Source: Clostridia bacterium (GTDB lineage: Bacteria; Bacillota; Clostridia; Oscillospirales; CAG-272). Taken from it: DNA of 64,000 bases. The notes beneath the pieces were generated by a model. That model made no database searches and was not told the DNA's origin. It worked only from the letters and a program-made list of their open reading frames with translations. The DNA lies in the NCBI GenBank assembly GCA_017517035.1, contig JAFXAN010000112.1, positions 3,648 to 67,647 of the forward strand, in the 5' to 3' direction. Both the position numbers and the translations under genes were made by a program. Below, in pieces: positions 27,397 to 37,289 of this stretch; positions within the stretch are counted from its first letter, which is position 1; every line of letters starts with the position of its first letter.

Positions 27397-27409
27397 TAAT
27401 TCAACTATA

Positions 27410-28186
27410 TTATACCAGTGGTTTGCCTTCCCACTCACGAGGTGCTTCAACATCCATGATCTTTGCGATCGTGGGGGCTATATCAAGAATACTGATACCC
27501 GAAAGCTCCTTGCCTGCTTCAAAATTAGGACCATAGAAGAACATGGGGATGGTCATATCCTCGGGAAGCTCTGTGCCGTGGCATCTGTCATGTCCGCCAT
27601 GGTCTGCGGTCACGATAACCGAATATTCTCCGTTCGTTTCTTCAATAACTCTCTTTACATTGTCTATTGCGTGTTTGATATAATCAAAATACTTCTCGCT
27701 CATCCAGCCGTTATCATGACCGCCCTTTTCGTCCGTCTCGACCATATAAAGGAAAACAAAATCAGGTTTTGCCAGCTTGATGAAGCTGAGCGCTTTGTCG
27801 GTCAGGATGCCGTCTGTGTGCTCGAAAGCATAGGAATTGAGGTATTCAGAACTGAAAAGCGATCCCGGACGACCTATGCTTCGGATAGGTTCCCATCCAT
27901 AATACATAGTGGATTTTTTTCCGGCTGCTCTGAGTAGCTCAAAAAGACCGGTAACGGGATGAACAGGTTCAATATAATTGTTTGTAAGAGTGCCGTGCCT
28001 CTGCGGAGGAACACTATGGAACATTGAAAGATGACAGGGAAGGGTGATGGAGGGAACAACAGTTCTCGCATCGAATGTATAGGAAGCTATCTTTTTCAGT
28101 TCCTCAAGATAAGGATTGCCGCAAATCTGCAGACCGTCCGGTCTCATGCCATCTATTGATATAAGAATCACTTTTTTATTACTCAT
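27410..28186 (-). CDS. alkaline-phosphatase-superfamily nucleotide pyrophosphatase/phosphodiesterase
   Basis: VILISIDGMRPD metal-site motif and a later TADHGGHD motif. Confidence 0.8.
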   Translation of the reverse strand: MSNKKVILISIDGMRPDGLQICGNPYLEELKKIASYTFDARTVVPSITLPCHLSMFHSVPPQRHGTLTNNYIEPVHPVTGLFELLRAAGKKSTMYYGWEPIRSIGRPGSLFSSEYLNSYAFEHTDGILTDKALSFIKLAKPDFVFLYMVETDEKGGHDNGWMSEKYFDYIKHAIDNVKRVIEETNGEYSVIVTADHGGHDRCHGTELPEDMTIPMFFYGPNFEAGKELSGISILDIAPTIAKIMDVEAPREWEGKPLV

Positions 28187-28323
28187 TTTAACCTCCGAAA
28201 AAGCGTTTTTTAAATTATAGCATTATGAATAAATGTTGTCAAGCATTTTCATTGATTTGATCAAAATTGTTTTTTATAGATATTTTTTCGCAAATTCGAA
28301 TCGCAAGATTCGGAAAAATCTTT

Positions 28324-29223
28324 TCATCTATATGATTTTTTTACCTCTCGGTATATTTTCATAAGCTTTGAGAGAATTTCGGTTCCGTCAAAATCCTTAT
28401 GGTAAACAATATTTGTTTCTCTTATCATACTGAGGTTTTCAATGGGCAGAACTGTGATCTTGCCCTTCATCACCTCATCCATGCAAGCACTTTTTGCCAG
28501 GATCGAAACACCGAGATTTTTTCTGATAAGGTCTTTTATTGTTGCTATATTATCAACCTCAAGCATAATGTCAAAATCGCTTATGCTCTCGCCGAGTATT
28601 TCAAGCTGGTTTTCAAACTGTATTCTGGTTGCCGAGCTTGGCAGACGGAGGATCATTTTTTCACGTCTCAGCTCACGGAGCGTGACCATCTCGTTTTTTG
28701 CAAGAGGGTTTTCATTGGCAAGAACGCAAACCAGATAGTCGGTATCAAGCATGAGGGAGCGAAGCTCTTTTCCGCTCGGCTTTCCGTCAACAATTGCCAA
28801 ATCAAGCTCATAATTTTCAAGCTTATTATAAAGATTTGTTATGGGTTCAGTTATAATTTTTATGCTTGCACCCTCGTATTTTGCTCCGTATTTTGCCAGT
28901 ACCTCAGTTATAAGATTACTCTCTGCAGTATGGGTGATTCCTATTCTGATATTGTTGATTCGTTTTTCACTATCGTCAAGCTCTCGGATGAGCTTGTCAC
29001 CGAGAACCTTCATTCTTCTCGCATATTTCACAACGATTTCACCGTCCGGCGTCAGTTTCAGCTCGCCTTTGCCTCTGACAAATATCTTTTTATCAAGCTC
29101 CGCTTCAAGGGCATTTATATGGTGGCTGATGGCAGGTTGGGTAAGAGAAAGCTGCTTTGCCGCCTTTGTGAAGCTTCCGAGATCTGCCACTGCAAGCAAG
29201 GTTTTAAGTTTAACATCTATCAT
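28324..29223 (-). CDS. LysR family transcriptional regulator
   Basis: N-terminal LysR HTH (LKTLLAVADLGSFTKAAKQLSLTQPAISHHI). Divergent from the antiporter gene. Confidence 0.9.
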   Translation of the reverse strand: MIDVKLKTLLAVADLGSFTKAAKQLSLTQPAISHHINALEAELDKKIFVRGKGELKLTPDGEIVVKYARRMKVLGDKLIRELDDSEKRINNIRIGITHTAESNLITEVLAKYGAKYEGASIKIITEPITNLYNKLENYELDLAIVDGKPSGKELRSLMLDTDYLVCVLANENPLAKNEMVTLRELRREKMILRLPSSATRIQFENQLEILGESISDFDIMLEVDNIATIKDLIRKNLGVSILAKSACMDEVMKGKITVLPIENLSMIRETNIVYHKDFDGTEILSKLMKIYREVKKSYR

Positions 29224-29375
29224 ACCTATTTCTCCTATAAATTATTTTTATATCCCGAAGAAAAATAATAATTTGACTTTATGATAGAAATAGTATATCA
29301 TATTAATGAGAAAAAAGCAAGAGCCGATTGAATTTTTTTGCTCGGCTCTTATAATTTTTTATTGGAGGTTTTACC

Positions 29376-30842
29376 GTGCTTGATAAGCTCTATGATAAAA
29401 TAAGCACCGATTCCCCCGGTGCTGTTATAATTATCTCGGTAGCGCTGATGATATTTTTCGGCTTTGCCATGACGCGAATTACCAAAAAATTGCGTCTCCC
29501 AAATGTCACCGCTTATATTCTTGCCGGTGTTATCATTGGCCCTGCCTGTCTTGATCTGATCCCGAATAAAATAATAGCTGGAACTGATTTTCTTTCGGAT
29601 ATTGCCCTCGCCTTTATTGCTTTCAGCGTGGGTGAGTTTTTCAAGATAGCAAATCTGAAGAAAAACGGTCTTAAAAGCATCGTTATAACACTCATTGAAG
29701 CAGGTCTTACATCTGTTCTTGTGTTCACTCTTCTGCACTTTGTTCTGAAAATGAGCTTTCCTCTTGCGCTTGTGCTCTCGGCACTTGCATCGGCAACAGC
29801 TCCCGCTTCCACCATTATGACCATCAGGCAAACAAGAGCAAAGGGCGATCTTGTTGAAACTCTCCTTCAAGTTATAGCCCTTGATAATGTTGTTGGCCTT
29901 CTTGCATACAGCATTGCGATCTCCGTTGCGATCTCTTATGGGGTAGAGGGTGCGGCTCTTGACACGGCTGTCATTATAATGCCGATCATAAAAAATGTCA
30001 TTGCAATTGCTATCGGTGCATTCCTCGGTTTTGTGATGAAGCTGCTGCTCTCAAAGAGGTCAAGCGACAACAGACTGATAATTTCTGTTGGCATAATGTT
30101 TCTTTTCTGCGGAATTTGCACCGTTATGGATGTTTCACCGCTTCTCGGTTGTATGATGATCGGTGCAGTCTACATAAACCTTTCGGATGACGGAAAGCTG
30201 TTCCTTCAGCTTGGATATTTCACGCCGCCGATATTGCTTTTGTTTTTTGTCCGTTCGGGACTTAATTTCGACCTTACCGCACTTCTCGGAAGTGCTTCAT
30301 CTGTAGGAATTGCGCCTCTTTGGGCGGTTAGTATAATTTACTTTCTTATCAGAATGGTCGGTAAATACTGCGGCTCGCTTCTCGGGTGTGTTACAGCAAG
30401 AAAGAAAAGTAAAACCAGAAATTATCTGGGACTTGCAATGTTCCCCCATGCGGGAGTTGCCATCGGTCTTGCGGCGATGGGAGCAAGAGCATTGGGGGGA
30501 GAAACAGGCTCGATGCTCCAGACAATAATTCTTGCATCGAGTATAATGTATGAGCTTGTTGGCCCTGTTCTTGCAAAGCTTGCGCTTCAGCTTTCCGGTG
30601 CATATTCGGATAAGATCGAGGATATAGCAGAGGTTGAGACGCTGAAAGAGGACGGAAACAAGAAAAGTGACATTGAGATTCTCATCGAGCGTATTCAGAA
30701 GATTCAAAAGGAGCTTCCTCCTCATGTTGGGGATTCACAAGCCGAGGCAGAGCAAGCATTTACCGAGGCGGCTGAAGAGCATTTCAGCTCAGTAAATTCA
30801 AATTTCAGAGGCGGCAGAAGAGATATCAGCCGCAGAATTTAA
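29376..30842 (+). CDS. cation:proton antiporter (CPA2/Kef-like) with a soluble acidic tail
   Basis: About 12 TM segments typical of the Na+/H+ exchanger family. GTG start. Confidence 0.75.
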   Translation: MLDKLYDKISTDSPGAVIIISVALMIFFGFAMTRITKKLRLPNVTAYILAGVIIGPACLDLIPNKIIAGTDFLSDIALAFIAFSVGEFFKIANLKKNGLKSIVITLIEAGLTSVLVFTLLHFVLKMSFPLALVLSALASATAPASTIMTIRQTRAKGDLVETLLQVIALDNVVGLLAYSIAISVAISYGVEGAALDTAVIIMPIIKNVIAIAIGAFLGFVMKLLLSKRSSDNRLIISVGIMFLFCGICTVMDVSPLLGCMMIGAVYINLSDDGKLFLQLGYFTPPILLLFFVRSGLNFDLTALLGSASSVGIAPLWAVSIIYFLIRMVGKYCGSLLGCVTARKKSKTRNYLGLAMFPHAGVAIGLAAMGARALGGETGSMLQTIILASSIMYELVGPVLAKLALQLSGAYSDKIEDIAEVETLKEDGNKKSDIEILIERIQKIQKELPPHVGDSQAEAEQAFTEAAEEHFSSVNSNFRGGRRDISRRI

Positions 30843-30864
30843 CTTTTAAAAAGGAGATTTTGAC

Positions 30865-31587
30865 ATGAATTTCATTGATCCCATCGCAAAGCTGCTCGGA
30901 GAATGGTCATATGACCTTGGCGGCGCATCTGTTGCATTCAGACTTGGACTTTCAATGGTCTTTGCTTTTATCATCGGCTGTGAGCGAGCAAGCAAGAGAC
31001 ACGCTGCAGGTCTGCGCACATTCATCACCATTTTTCTTGCTTCGACAGTAACATCCATGATGGATATTTATCTTAATAAGGCTTATGGTGTTTCTACCGC
31101 AATGCTTTCCGCAGCAACCGTTATCGGCATTGCTATAATCAGTACAAACTCCATTCTTTTCAGCTCCAAAAGCCAGATAAAGGGGCTTACGACATCTGCG
31201 GGACTTTGGGCTTCGGGAATCCTCGGAATGACCATCGGTGCAGGGTTCTATACCGTTTCTCTCATCGGTTATATTGCTCTCCTTTGCTGTCTTACATATT
31301 TTCCCGCCTTTGAAATATTCCTCAAGAACCGTTCCAACCATTTTGAGGTTCATCTTGAGCTTGTGAGCAAGAGCAATCTGCAGGATTTTATCACAACCAT
31401 CAGAAAGCTGGGACTTCGCATCGACGATATTGAAGCGAATAATGCTTATCTCAGCTCCGGTCTTGCGGTCTATTCCGTGTCTGTAACAATAATTAGCGCA
31501 GAGCTGAAAAAATATAAGACGCATAAAGAAATAATCGAGGCTATGAGTACCCTCGATTATGTCTACCATATTGAAGAAATGAATTAA
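30865..31587 (+). CDS. MgtC/SapB family membrane protein
   Basis: IIGCERASKRHAAGLRTF signature plus a C-terminal ACT-like domain. Confidence 0.8.
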   Translation: MNFIDPIAKLLGEWSYDLGGASVAFRLGLSMVFAFIIGCERASKRHAAGLRTFITIFLASTVTSMMDIYLNKAYGVSTAMLSAATVIGIAIISTNSILFSSKSQIKGLTTSAGLWASGILGMTIGAGFYTVSLIGYIALLCCLTYFPAFEIFLKNRSNHFEVHLELVSKSNLQDFITTIRKLGLRIDDIEANNAYLSSGLAVYSVSVTIISAELKKYKTHKEIIEAMSTLDYVYHIEEMN

Positions 31588-32123
31588 CGCTTCCTTATTG
31601 CAAAGGAAACGGAAAACAATGCCGCCATTATGCAAAGCACCGAAATTTCGGGTAGCCACGCATCAAATGGCGGCATTGGCTTTGCAAGAATATATATCTG
31701 CATATCCTCAACAAAAATATGATATAAAAGAGGTAGCAGAAAAGGCGGATAGAGAAGCTTTTTTGTCTTGATTATTCCAAAGATCGTAAAAGAGTAGATC
31801 AGAAGCACGGCAAAATAGAGAAGAAGGCAAAGATATGTATGGATCTTGCTTTCAAAAGTAAATGCCTTTACAGCAAAGAATATCACTCCCAGAAGCACCG
31901 AGAGCGATGTAAGCTCAGGTGCTTTTTTGCCTAGAAATATAACCGCTACGCAAAAGATGACCGATGCCGCAAGCACAAGATAAAGATGAACAAAAAGCTC
32001 TGCTTTGCCTATATTTTTATTCTGAAAGTATATAATTCTGATAATTGCTGCCGAGAGCATGAAGAAGACCGAGATCCATGCTGAAGGACTTTTTGAATCA
32101 ATATAAAACATCCTGTTTTTCAT
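31584..32123 (-). CDS. polytopic membrane protein of unknown function
   Basis: 5-6 hydrophobic helices. Its start codon forms an ATGA overlap with the MATE stop, so I trimmed the ORF-track start from 32150. Confidence 0.6.
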   Translation of the reverse strand: MKNRMFYIDSKSPSAWISVFFMLSAAIIRIIYFQNKNIGKAELFVHLYLVLAASVIFCVAVIFLGKKAPELTSLSVLLGVIFFAVKAFTFESKIHTYLCLLLYFAVLLIYSFTIFGIIKTKKLLYPPFLLPLLYHIFVEDMQIYILAKPMPPFDAWLPEISVLCIMAALFSVSFAIRKR

Positions 32124-33502
32124 TTTGACCTCTTTCTCGGCTTTTTCCAAGCTCCGGTGAAATAGAAAATAAGTCCTATCCAGAAGGGGGTGAAGCCAGC
32201 GAGTGCGTCACCGAGCCAGAAACCGTAATGCTTCATATCGAGAACAAGTCCGAAAAGAACGGAAAGCCCAATGCGGAGAATGATACCGTCAAAGATAGCA
32301 GTGGTGAAATTCACTATAGTGTTTCCGCTACCGTTTATCAGTGCATTCATAAGAGCACGAAGCGCACCGCCAAAGAAGAGCAGTATTGCAATGGGTACAT
32401 ATTTTTCACCGATACCGAGGATCAGTTCTGCATCAGACGCATTTTCACTGTCGATAAATGCTGTGAATATCTCGTCGGAGAAGAATATGATGGCAGCAGA
32501 AAATACGACCGCAAGCGAAAGAGTAACGAGCGCCAGACGCAGGAGGATCTTCTTTACTCGGTCATATTTTTCCGCCGCAAGATTTTGACCGACCATAGTT
32601 GACCCTGCTGTATTCATTGCAGAAGAGATTAGATTGCTGACATTTGAAATTTTGTTTGCAATTCCGGCAAAGGCAGAAATATCCTTACCATAAGAATTTA
32701 TAAAGGAATTGACAAACAGCTTCGATATCTGAACAGATGCCATTTTTATTGCCATTGGCGTTCCGAGCTTCAAAAGATCCGAGAGCATTTCCTTGTCCCA
32801 TCTGAAAAAGTCATAAAGGCTTGCTTCAAGTGCAAACTCCTTGCGCTTTTTAAAAAGAAAAATACTGCAAGCGATAAAGCTTACCGCTTGACTTATGACG
32901 GTTGCGAGAGCCGCACCGCCTGCACCCATTTCCAGCTTCATAACGAAAAGAATATCAAGAATAACATTGATGGCAGCAGCCACCGCAATGAAGATGAAAG
33001 GATGCTTTGAATCTCCCATTCCGCGGAGAATTGCGCTGACAATGTTATATCCGTAAATAAAAACAAGTCCCATCATGCAGATAACGGAATATGAAAGGGC
33101 CTCATCCCATGATTCATCGGGAGTGTTCATCATCATCAAAAGCTCATTGCGGAAGAGAAATCCGAGAATACTGATGACGATTGCGCAGGTGAAAAGAAAG
33201 GAAAACATCGTTCCGACAAATTTTCCGATTTTATGTCTTTCTCCTGCACCTATGTATCTTGCAATGAGCACCTGTCCTGCGCTTGCAAAGCCAATTGCAA
33301 TAAAATTGAGAAGTGCAGTAACATCACCGCCAACAGAAACGCCCGAAATTCCTTCAAGCCCCAGTTCCTTTCCGACGATGACCATATCGACCATATTGTA
33401 TACTATCTGCAGGAAATTAGAAAGAAAAAGCGGCAGAGAGAATATAATCAGTTGCGGCATTATGCTGCCATGAGTAAAATCCTTTATCTGGGATCGGTTC
33501 AT
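32120..33502 (-). CDS. MATE family efflux transporter
   Basis: 12-TM MATE architecture (PLFLSNFLQIVYNMVDMVIVG...). ATGA overlap with the upstream amidotransferase gene. Confidence 0.85.
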   Translation of the reverse strand: MNRSQIKDFTHGSIMPQLIIFSLPLFLSNFLQIVYNMVDMVIVGKELGLEGISGVSVGGDVTALLNFIAIGFASAGQVLIARYIGAGERHKIGKFVGTMFSFLFTCAIVISILGFLFRNELLMMMNTPDESWDEALSYSVICMMGLVFIYGYNIVSAILRGMGDSKHPFIFIAVAAAINVILDILFVMKLEMGAGGAALATVISQAVSFIACSIFLFKKRKEFALEASLYDFFRWDKEMLSDLLKLGTPMAIKMASVQISKLFVNSFINSYGKDISAFAGIANKISNVSNLISSAMNTAGSTMVGQNLAAEKYDRVKKILLRLALVTLSLAVVFSAAIIFFSDEIFTAFIDSENASDAELILGIGEKYVPIAILLFFGGALRALMNALINGSGNTIVNFTTAIFDGIILRIGLSVLFGLVLDMKHYGFWLGDALAGFTPFWIGLIFYFTGAWKKPRKRSK

Positions 33503-34149
33503 TTCATTGCCTCCGAGCATTTTTCAATGAAGTATTCAAATATTTTTATGCCATCGACAGTATCGTCTCTTTTTTTACCGAGGCACATTCTTTCCGGATG
33601 AAACTGAACTCCGATAATTGGTAGGCTTTCATGCTCAAAAGCTTCAATAACTCCTTCTTTTGATTTGAGAAGCACACGAAGTCCGTCTCCCATGCGACAT
33701 GCTGCCTGATGATGGGAGCTGTTTACCACAAAACTCTCCCCATAGCTTTGCTTAAGAAAGCTTTCATCTGTTGCAAACACCTTATGGACAAGATCGTTCT
33801 CGCCTTTATGGATATCTGCCGTATCAAGATGCTGAATGAGATTTCCGCCAAAACAAACATTGAGAAGCTGGCTTCCTCTGCAAATGCCGAGGACGGGTTT
33901 TCCCGCCTTAATAAAATCCTTTGCAAGTGCAAATTCATGTTTGTCACGGTCAAGGTCGATATTTGCGGAACCGTTGTTTTCCTCTCCGTAATATGATGGA
34001 TCGATATCACCGCCGCCGCATAGAATAAGTCCGTCATAATCGCAGGCTTTTCCTTCTGTGAGATATCCGCCGTAAGCTTCCGCTCCCATAGCTGTGGTGG
34101 CGGCAGCATAATTCTCCATATTATTCTTTCCGGATAAAAGTATTTTCAT
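33499..34149 (-). CDS. class I glutamine amidotransferase-like / peptidase C26 (gamma-glutamyl hydrolase, PuuD-like)
   Basis: GICRGSQLLNV nucleophile Cys motif and the later HHQA / FHPE His region. Confidence 0.8.
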   Translation of the reverse strand: MKILLSGKNNMENYAAATTAMGAEAYGGYLTEGKACDYDGLILCGGGDIDPSYYGEENNGSANIDLDRDKHEFALAKDFIKAGKPVLGICRGSQLLNVCFGGNLIQHLDTADIHKGENDLVHKVFATDESFLKQSYGESFVVNSSHHQAACRMGDGLRVLLKSKEGVIEAFEHESLPIIGVQFHPERMCLGKKRDDTVDGIKIFEYFIEKCSEAMK

Positions 34150-34166
34150 TTTAACCTCGAAATTTA

Positions 34167-35153
34167 TTAGAATATCCCCGATGCTTTAAGAAGGAATGAA
34201 ACGAGGAACACGGTAAATCCGGAGACAAGGGTCGTCCAGACAACAAGCTGACCCGCAAGGATCGCATCCCCTTTCATTTCCTGTGCCATCGGAACGCTGG
34301 AAACTGCAACGGGAGTTGCAAAAACCGCAACAAAGGTTGCAAAATGCGCACCGTCGAAAGTATTTCTGAAGAGCAGATAAGCAATGCCGATTCCAATTAG
34401 AGGCACAAAAACGGTTCTCGCAAGAGTTCCGAAAATTATCTCCTTCTTCAGAGAAGCAACGGCAGAAAACTCAAACTGTGCGCCGAGCACCAAAAGTGCA
34501 AGAGGAGTTGCCATGGAGGAAAGATAATTCAGAACCTTAAAAGGTGGCTCGATAGAAGAGAGGCGGAATGTGATCCCGTTTTTTGCAAATAAAGCTCTCA
34601 CACAAAGAACAAGAACACCGAGAAGAACGCTTATTATAAGCGGATTTTTGATGATTCCGAGCATGATCTTTTTAAAGCTCGGTTTTTCACCGTCACCGCT
34701 GAAAACAGTGAGACTGATGACTGCAAGAATATTGAGAAGCGGTATGGTAAATGCCGAAAGTATCGTGGCGACCGCTATTCCTTCGTCTCCGAAAAGCGAG
34801 CCGGAAAGAGGAATGCCTATAAGGGCATAATTTGAGCGAAAAACTGCTTGGAGAAGAGCACCCCTACAGCCGTTTTTCTTCGTTATAAGCATAACGCAAG
34901 GAAGTGCTATGCAGAAGATCAGCGCAAGAGCAACGAGAACATAAATAACATATCCAAGCTCGATATCCCCGATGTCCTCAATATTATAGACATTGAGAAA
35001 AAGCATCGAGGGCAAAAAAATACGGAAAACAAGCTTGTTTGCTTTTTTTGCAAATTCCGCATCCATGAATTTGATCTTTTTCAGAATATAGCCGATGGCA
35101 ACCATAATGACTATCGGCAAAACCGCTTTGATCGCAAATATAAGTGATTCCAT
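34167..35153 (-). CDS. AEC (auxin efflux carrier) family transporter
   Basis: 10-TM protein with typical AEC N- and C-terminal halves. Confidence 0.75.
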   Translation of the reverse strand: MESLIFAIKAVLPIVIMVAIGYILKKIKFMDAEFAKKANKLVFRIFLPSMLFLNVYNIEDIGDIELGYVIYVLVALALIFCIALPCVMLITKKNGCRGALLQAVFRSNYALIGIPLSGSLFGDEGIAVATILSAFTIPLLNILAVISLTVFSGDGEKPSFKKIMLGIIKNPLIISVLLGVLVLCVRALFAKNGITFRLSSIEPPFKVLNYLSSMATPLALLVLGAQFEFSAVASLKKEIIFGTLARTVFVPLIGIGIAYLLFRNTFDGAHFATFVAVFATPVAVSSVPMAQEMKGDAILAGQLVVWTTLVSGFTVFLVSFLLKASGIF

Positions 35154-35311
35154 TGTTTTTCCTTTTCAAAACAGAAATTTAACTTTAATATTATATCACA
35201 AATGTTCGTTTAAATCAAGCAAATAAAATAAATTGCTTGTCAAGAGACGAAATATGCACAATTTTGCACGCCTGAAAAATGGATTTGTTGGCGTTTTCGA
35301 CAAAATCCCCC

Positions 35312-35340
35312 TTGACAAAAACCAATAATCATGGTATAAT
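35312..35340 (+). promoter_or_regulatory. sigA-type promoter
   Basis: TTGACA (35312-35317), 17 nt, TATAAT (35335-35340) with an upstream TG. Confidence 0.55.
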
Positions 35341-35360
35341 TAAAAAAAAGGGGATTTAAT

Positions 35361-36002
35361 ATGCCAAACGAAAAGTCTTATAAAATCAGAACTAAGTACA
35401 ACAATCTTTTCCTCAGAGTTACAGAGGGACATTTCGCAACCAGCCACAGCCATATAAATTATTATATTGATGTGACCACTCATAAGACTCGTCTCTCGGA
35501 GGCGACCGCAATTGCGGAGCAACTTGTTGCTTTCTATACACACAACACTATAGTTGATACCATTCTTTGTCTTGACGGAACGGAGGTCATCGGCACTTGT
35601 CTTGCGGATCATCTCACAAAAGGGAATTTTCTCAATATGAATGCTCACCAGACCATATATGTTGTAACACCGGAGCACACTTCGGGAAGCCAGATCATTT
35701 TCAGAGACAATATGCTTCCTATGATCAAGGGCAAAAATGTTCTCATTCTTGCAGCATCTGTAACAACCGGATATACCGCTCAGGCGGCAATTGAGGCGAT
35801 TAAATATTATGAGGGGCATGTTGCGGGAATTTGCTCGATTTTTGCAACGGTCAAGGAATGCGCAGGCTATGAGGTCAAATCTATCTTTGATACGGGAGAC
35901 CTTGGAAATTATGCTTCCTATCCTTCTCACGAATGTCCGCTTTGCAAAGAGGGCAAAAAGATCGAGGCACTTGTTAACAGCTTCGGTTATTCAAAACTGT
36001 AA
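35361..36002 (+). CDS. phosphoribosyltransferase-family protein
   Basis: PRPP-binding-loop-like VLILAASVTTGYT. C-terminal CPLC motif. Confidence 0.6.
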   Translation: MPNEKSYKIRTKYNNLFLRVTEGHFATSHSHINYYIDVTTHKTRLSEATAIAEQLVAFYTHNTIVDTILCLDGTEVIGTCLADHLTKGNFLNMNAHQTIYVVTPEHTSGSQIIFRDNMLPMIKGKNVLILAASVTTGYTAQAAIEAIKYYEGHVAGICSIFATVKECAGYEVKSIFDTGDLGNYASYPSHECPLCKEGKKIEALVNSFGYSKL

Positions 36003-36010
36003 ATAATAAC

Positions 36011-36048
36011 GAGAGCTGAGCGCATCAGTTGCGCTCAGCTCCTTTTTT
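36011..36048. terminator. bidirectional terminator between convergent genes
   Basis: GAGCTGAGCGCA...TGCGCTCAGCTC stem flanked by A- and T-runs. It overlaps the stop codon of the minus-strand gene. Confidence 0.7.
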
Positions 36049-36891
36049 GTATGAAAAATATCCGATGGCATTTACAAGTATCGTTACAAAAGATGAGATC
36101 TTAAACCAATCGGTGACGAAGGAAAGAAAACGCTGAAATCCAATAGCTCTTTGCATTGATAGATATTCGCGGTTTTCCAGTGCTTTGCTTAGGTTGATTC
36201 CGTATATATGCGAGAGTATCATAAAAGTAAAGGTCACAAGGAGAAGCGAGGTAATAATGACAATTTTTTTCGTGTTGGGTTTGAAGATGTATTTTCTGAA
36301 GCTTATAAGAGTTGCTATGATAAGGATAACAAGGCAGATAAAAGATGCCCATGCGGTGTAAAGTCTTGCGTAATTCATTGATTCTGTCCATTTGAGCGTA
36401 TGTAAAATGCTTGCTCTTGAGATGCTCGTAGCATATGCAAGATATGCGTCAACGAGAAAGAAAACCGCCCATGAACACCATAAAACAACTCTCTTTTTAA
36501 ATACGAGACAGATAATTCCGCATACGATGAATGGTGAGGAGAAAAACAGTCCTCCGAGAAATCCGCCAAGCACCGAGAAAATGAGAAATGCAAGAAGACC
36601 TATGCAGAGAAGAATGGTACCGACTATTGTTTTTATCATTGTTTTTTCTTTATATGTTGGAGAGGGAAGCTTCTCGGTTTCAGTTCCTGCATTTTCCGTA
36701 CCTTTTATCAGGCTGTCAAGAGATATTCCGAAAATTTCGCTCATTTTCAAAAGCTTGTCAAGCTCGGGGACAGATGCGTCGGTTTCCCATTTGGAGATCG
36801 ACTGCCTTGAAACATCAAGCATTTCCGCAAGCTCCACTTGGGAAAGATTCTTTTCCTTTCTCAGCTCATATATTCTTTTTCCTAATTCCAT
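36025..36891 (-). CDS. XRE-family HTH protein fused to a multi-TM domain
   Basis: LRKEKNLSQVELAEMLDVSRQSISKWE followed by 5-6 TM helices. Confidence 0.85.
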   Translation of the reverse strand: MELGKRIYELRKEKNLSQVELAEMLDVSRQSISKWETDASVPELDKLLKMSEIFGISLDSLIKGTENAGTETEKLPSPTYKEKTMIKTIVGTILLCIGLLAFLIFSVLGGFLGGLFFSSPFIVCGIICLVFKKRVVLWCSWAVFFLVDAYLAYATSISRASILHTLKWTESMNYARLYTAWASFICLVILIIATLISFRKYIFKPNTKKIVIITSLLLVTFTFMILSHIYGINLSKALENREYLSMQRAIGFQRFLSFVTDWFKISSFVTILVNAIGYFSYKKGAERN

Positions 36892-37050
36892 ATTGACCTC
36901 CGATTTGTTTTTATGGGTAAATTATATCATAAAACAACTAAAAAGTCTATAAACTATCCTTGGAAATTTAGCAACTGCCGGTTGCATTAATAGAAAAACA
37001 ATACGGATTTATAAATTCAACCTCTGTCAATTTCAAATTTTATGATAGAT

Positions 37051-37218
37051 AAACAGTAATTTAGCGGTGAGTGAAAACGAAATTTGTAGGGGCGATCATT
37101 GATCGCCCGTCTCATAAACAGCTTAAAATTTCGTTATTTTACGCCGTTTGTTTTTTCGGGCGATCAATGATCGCCCCTACAGATCTGCGTTTTTCATCGC
37201 ACCGACAAATTCCTGTTT
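37051..37218. mobile_element. MITE-like element with a REPIN-like doublet (arms a and b), spacer inverted relative to arm a
   Basis: Same palindromes as 5324 and 18260. The spacer is the reverse complement of that in 5324-5489 when both are anchored on arm a. Confidence 0.8.
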
Positions 37219-37289
37219 GAAAAATAATTATAAACAGAAGAGGTCATCTCTTGGTGAGATGACCCCATTTTGAATCAATCTATCTTTGA

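Noticed and set aside
28399-29268. 289-aa and overlapping 98- and 147-aa ORFs antisense to the LysR regulator
   Set aside because: These are shadow ORFs of a confidently identified LysR gene, with no motifs and no RBS.
30952-31659. 235-aa ORF antisense to mgtC
   Set aside because: It is a shadow of the MgtC-family gene, which carries the family signature.
35340-35930. 196-aa ORF antisense to the phosphoribosyltransferase-like gene
   Set aside because: The plus-strand gene has a consensus promoter, an RBS and a PRPP-loop motif. The antisense ORF has none of these.
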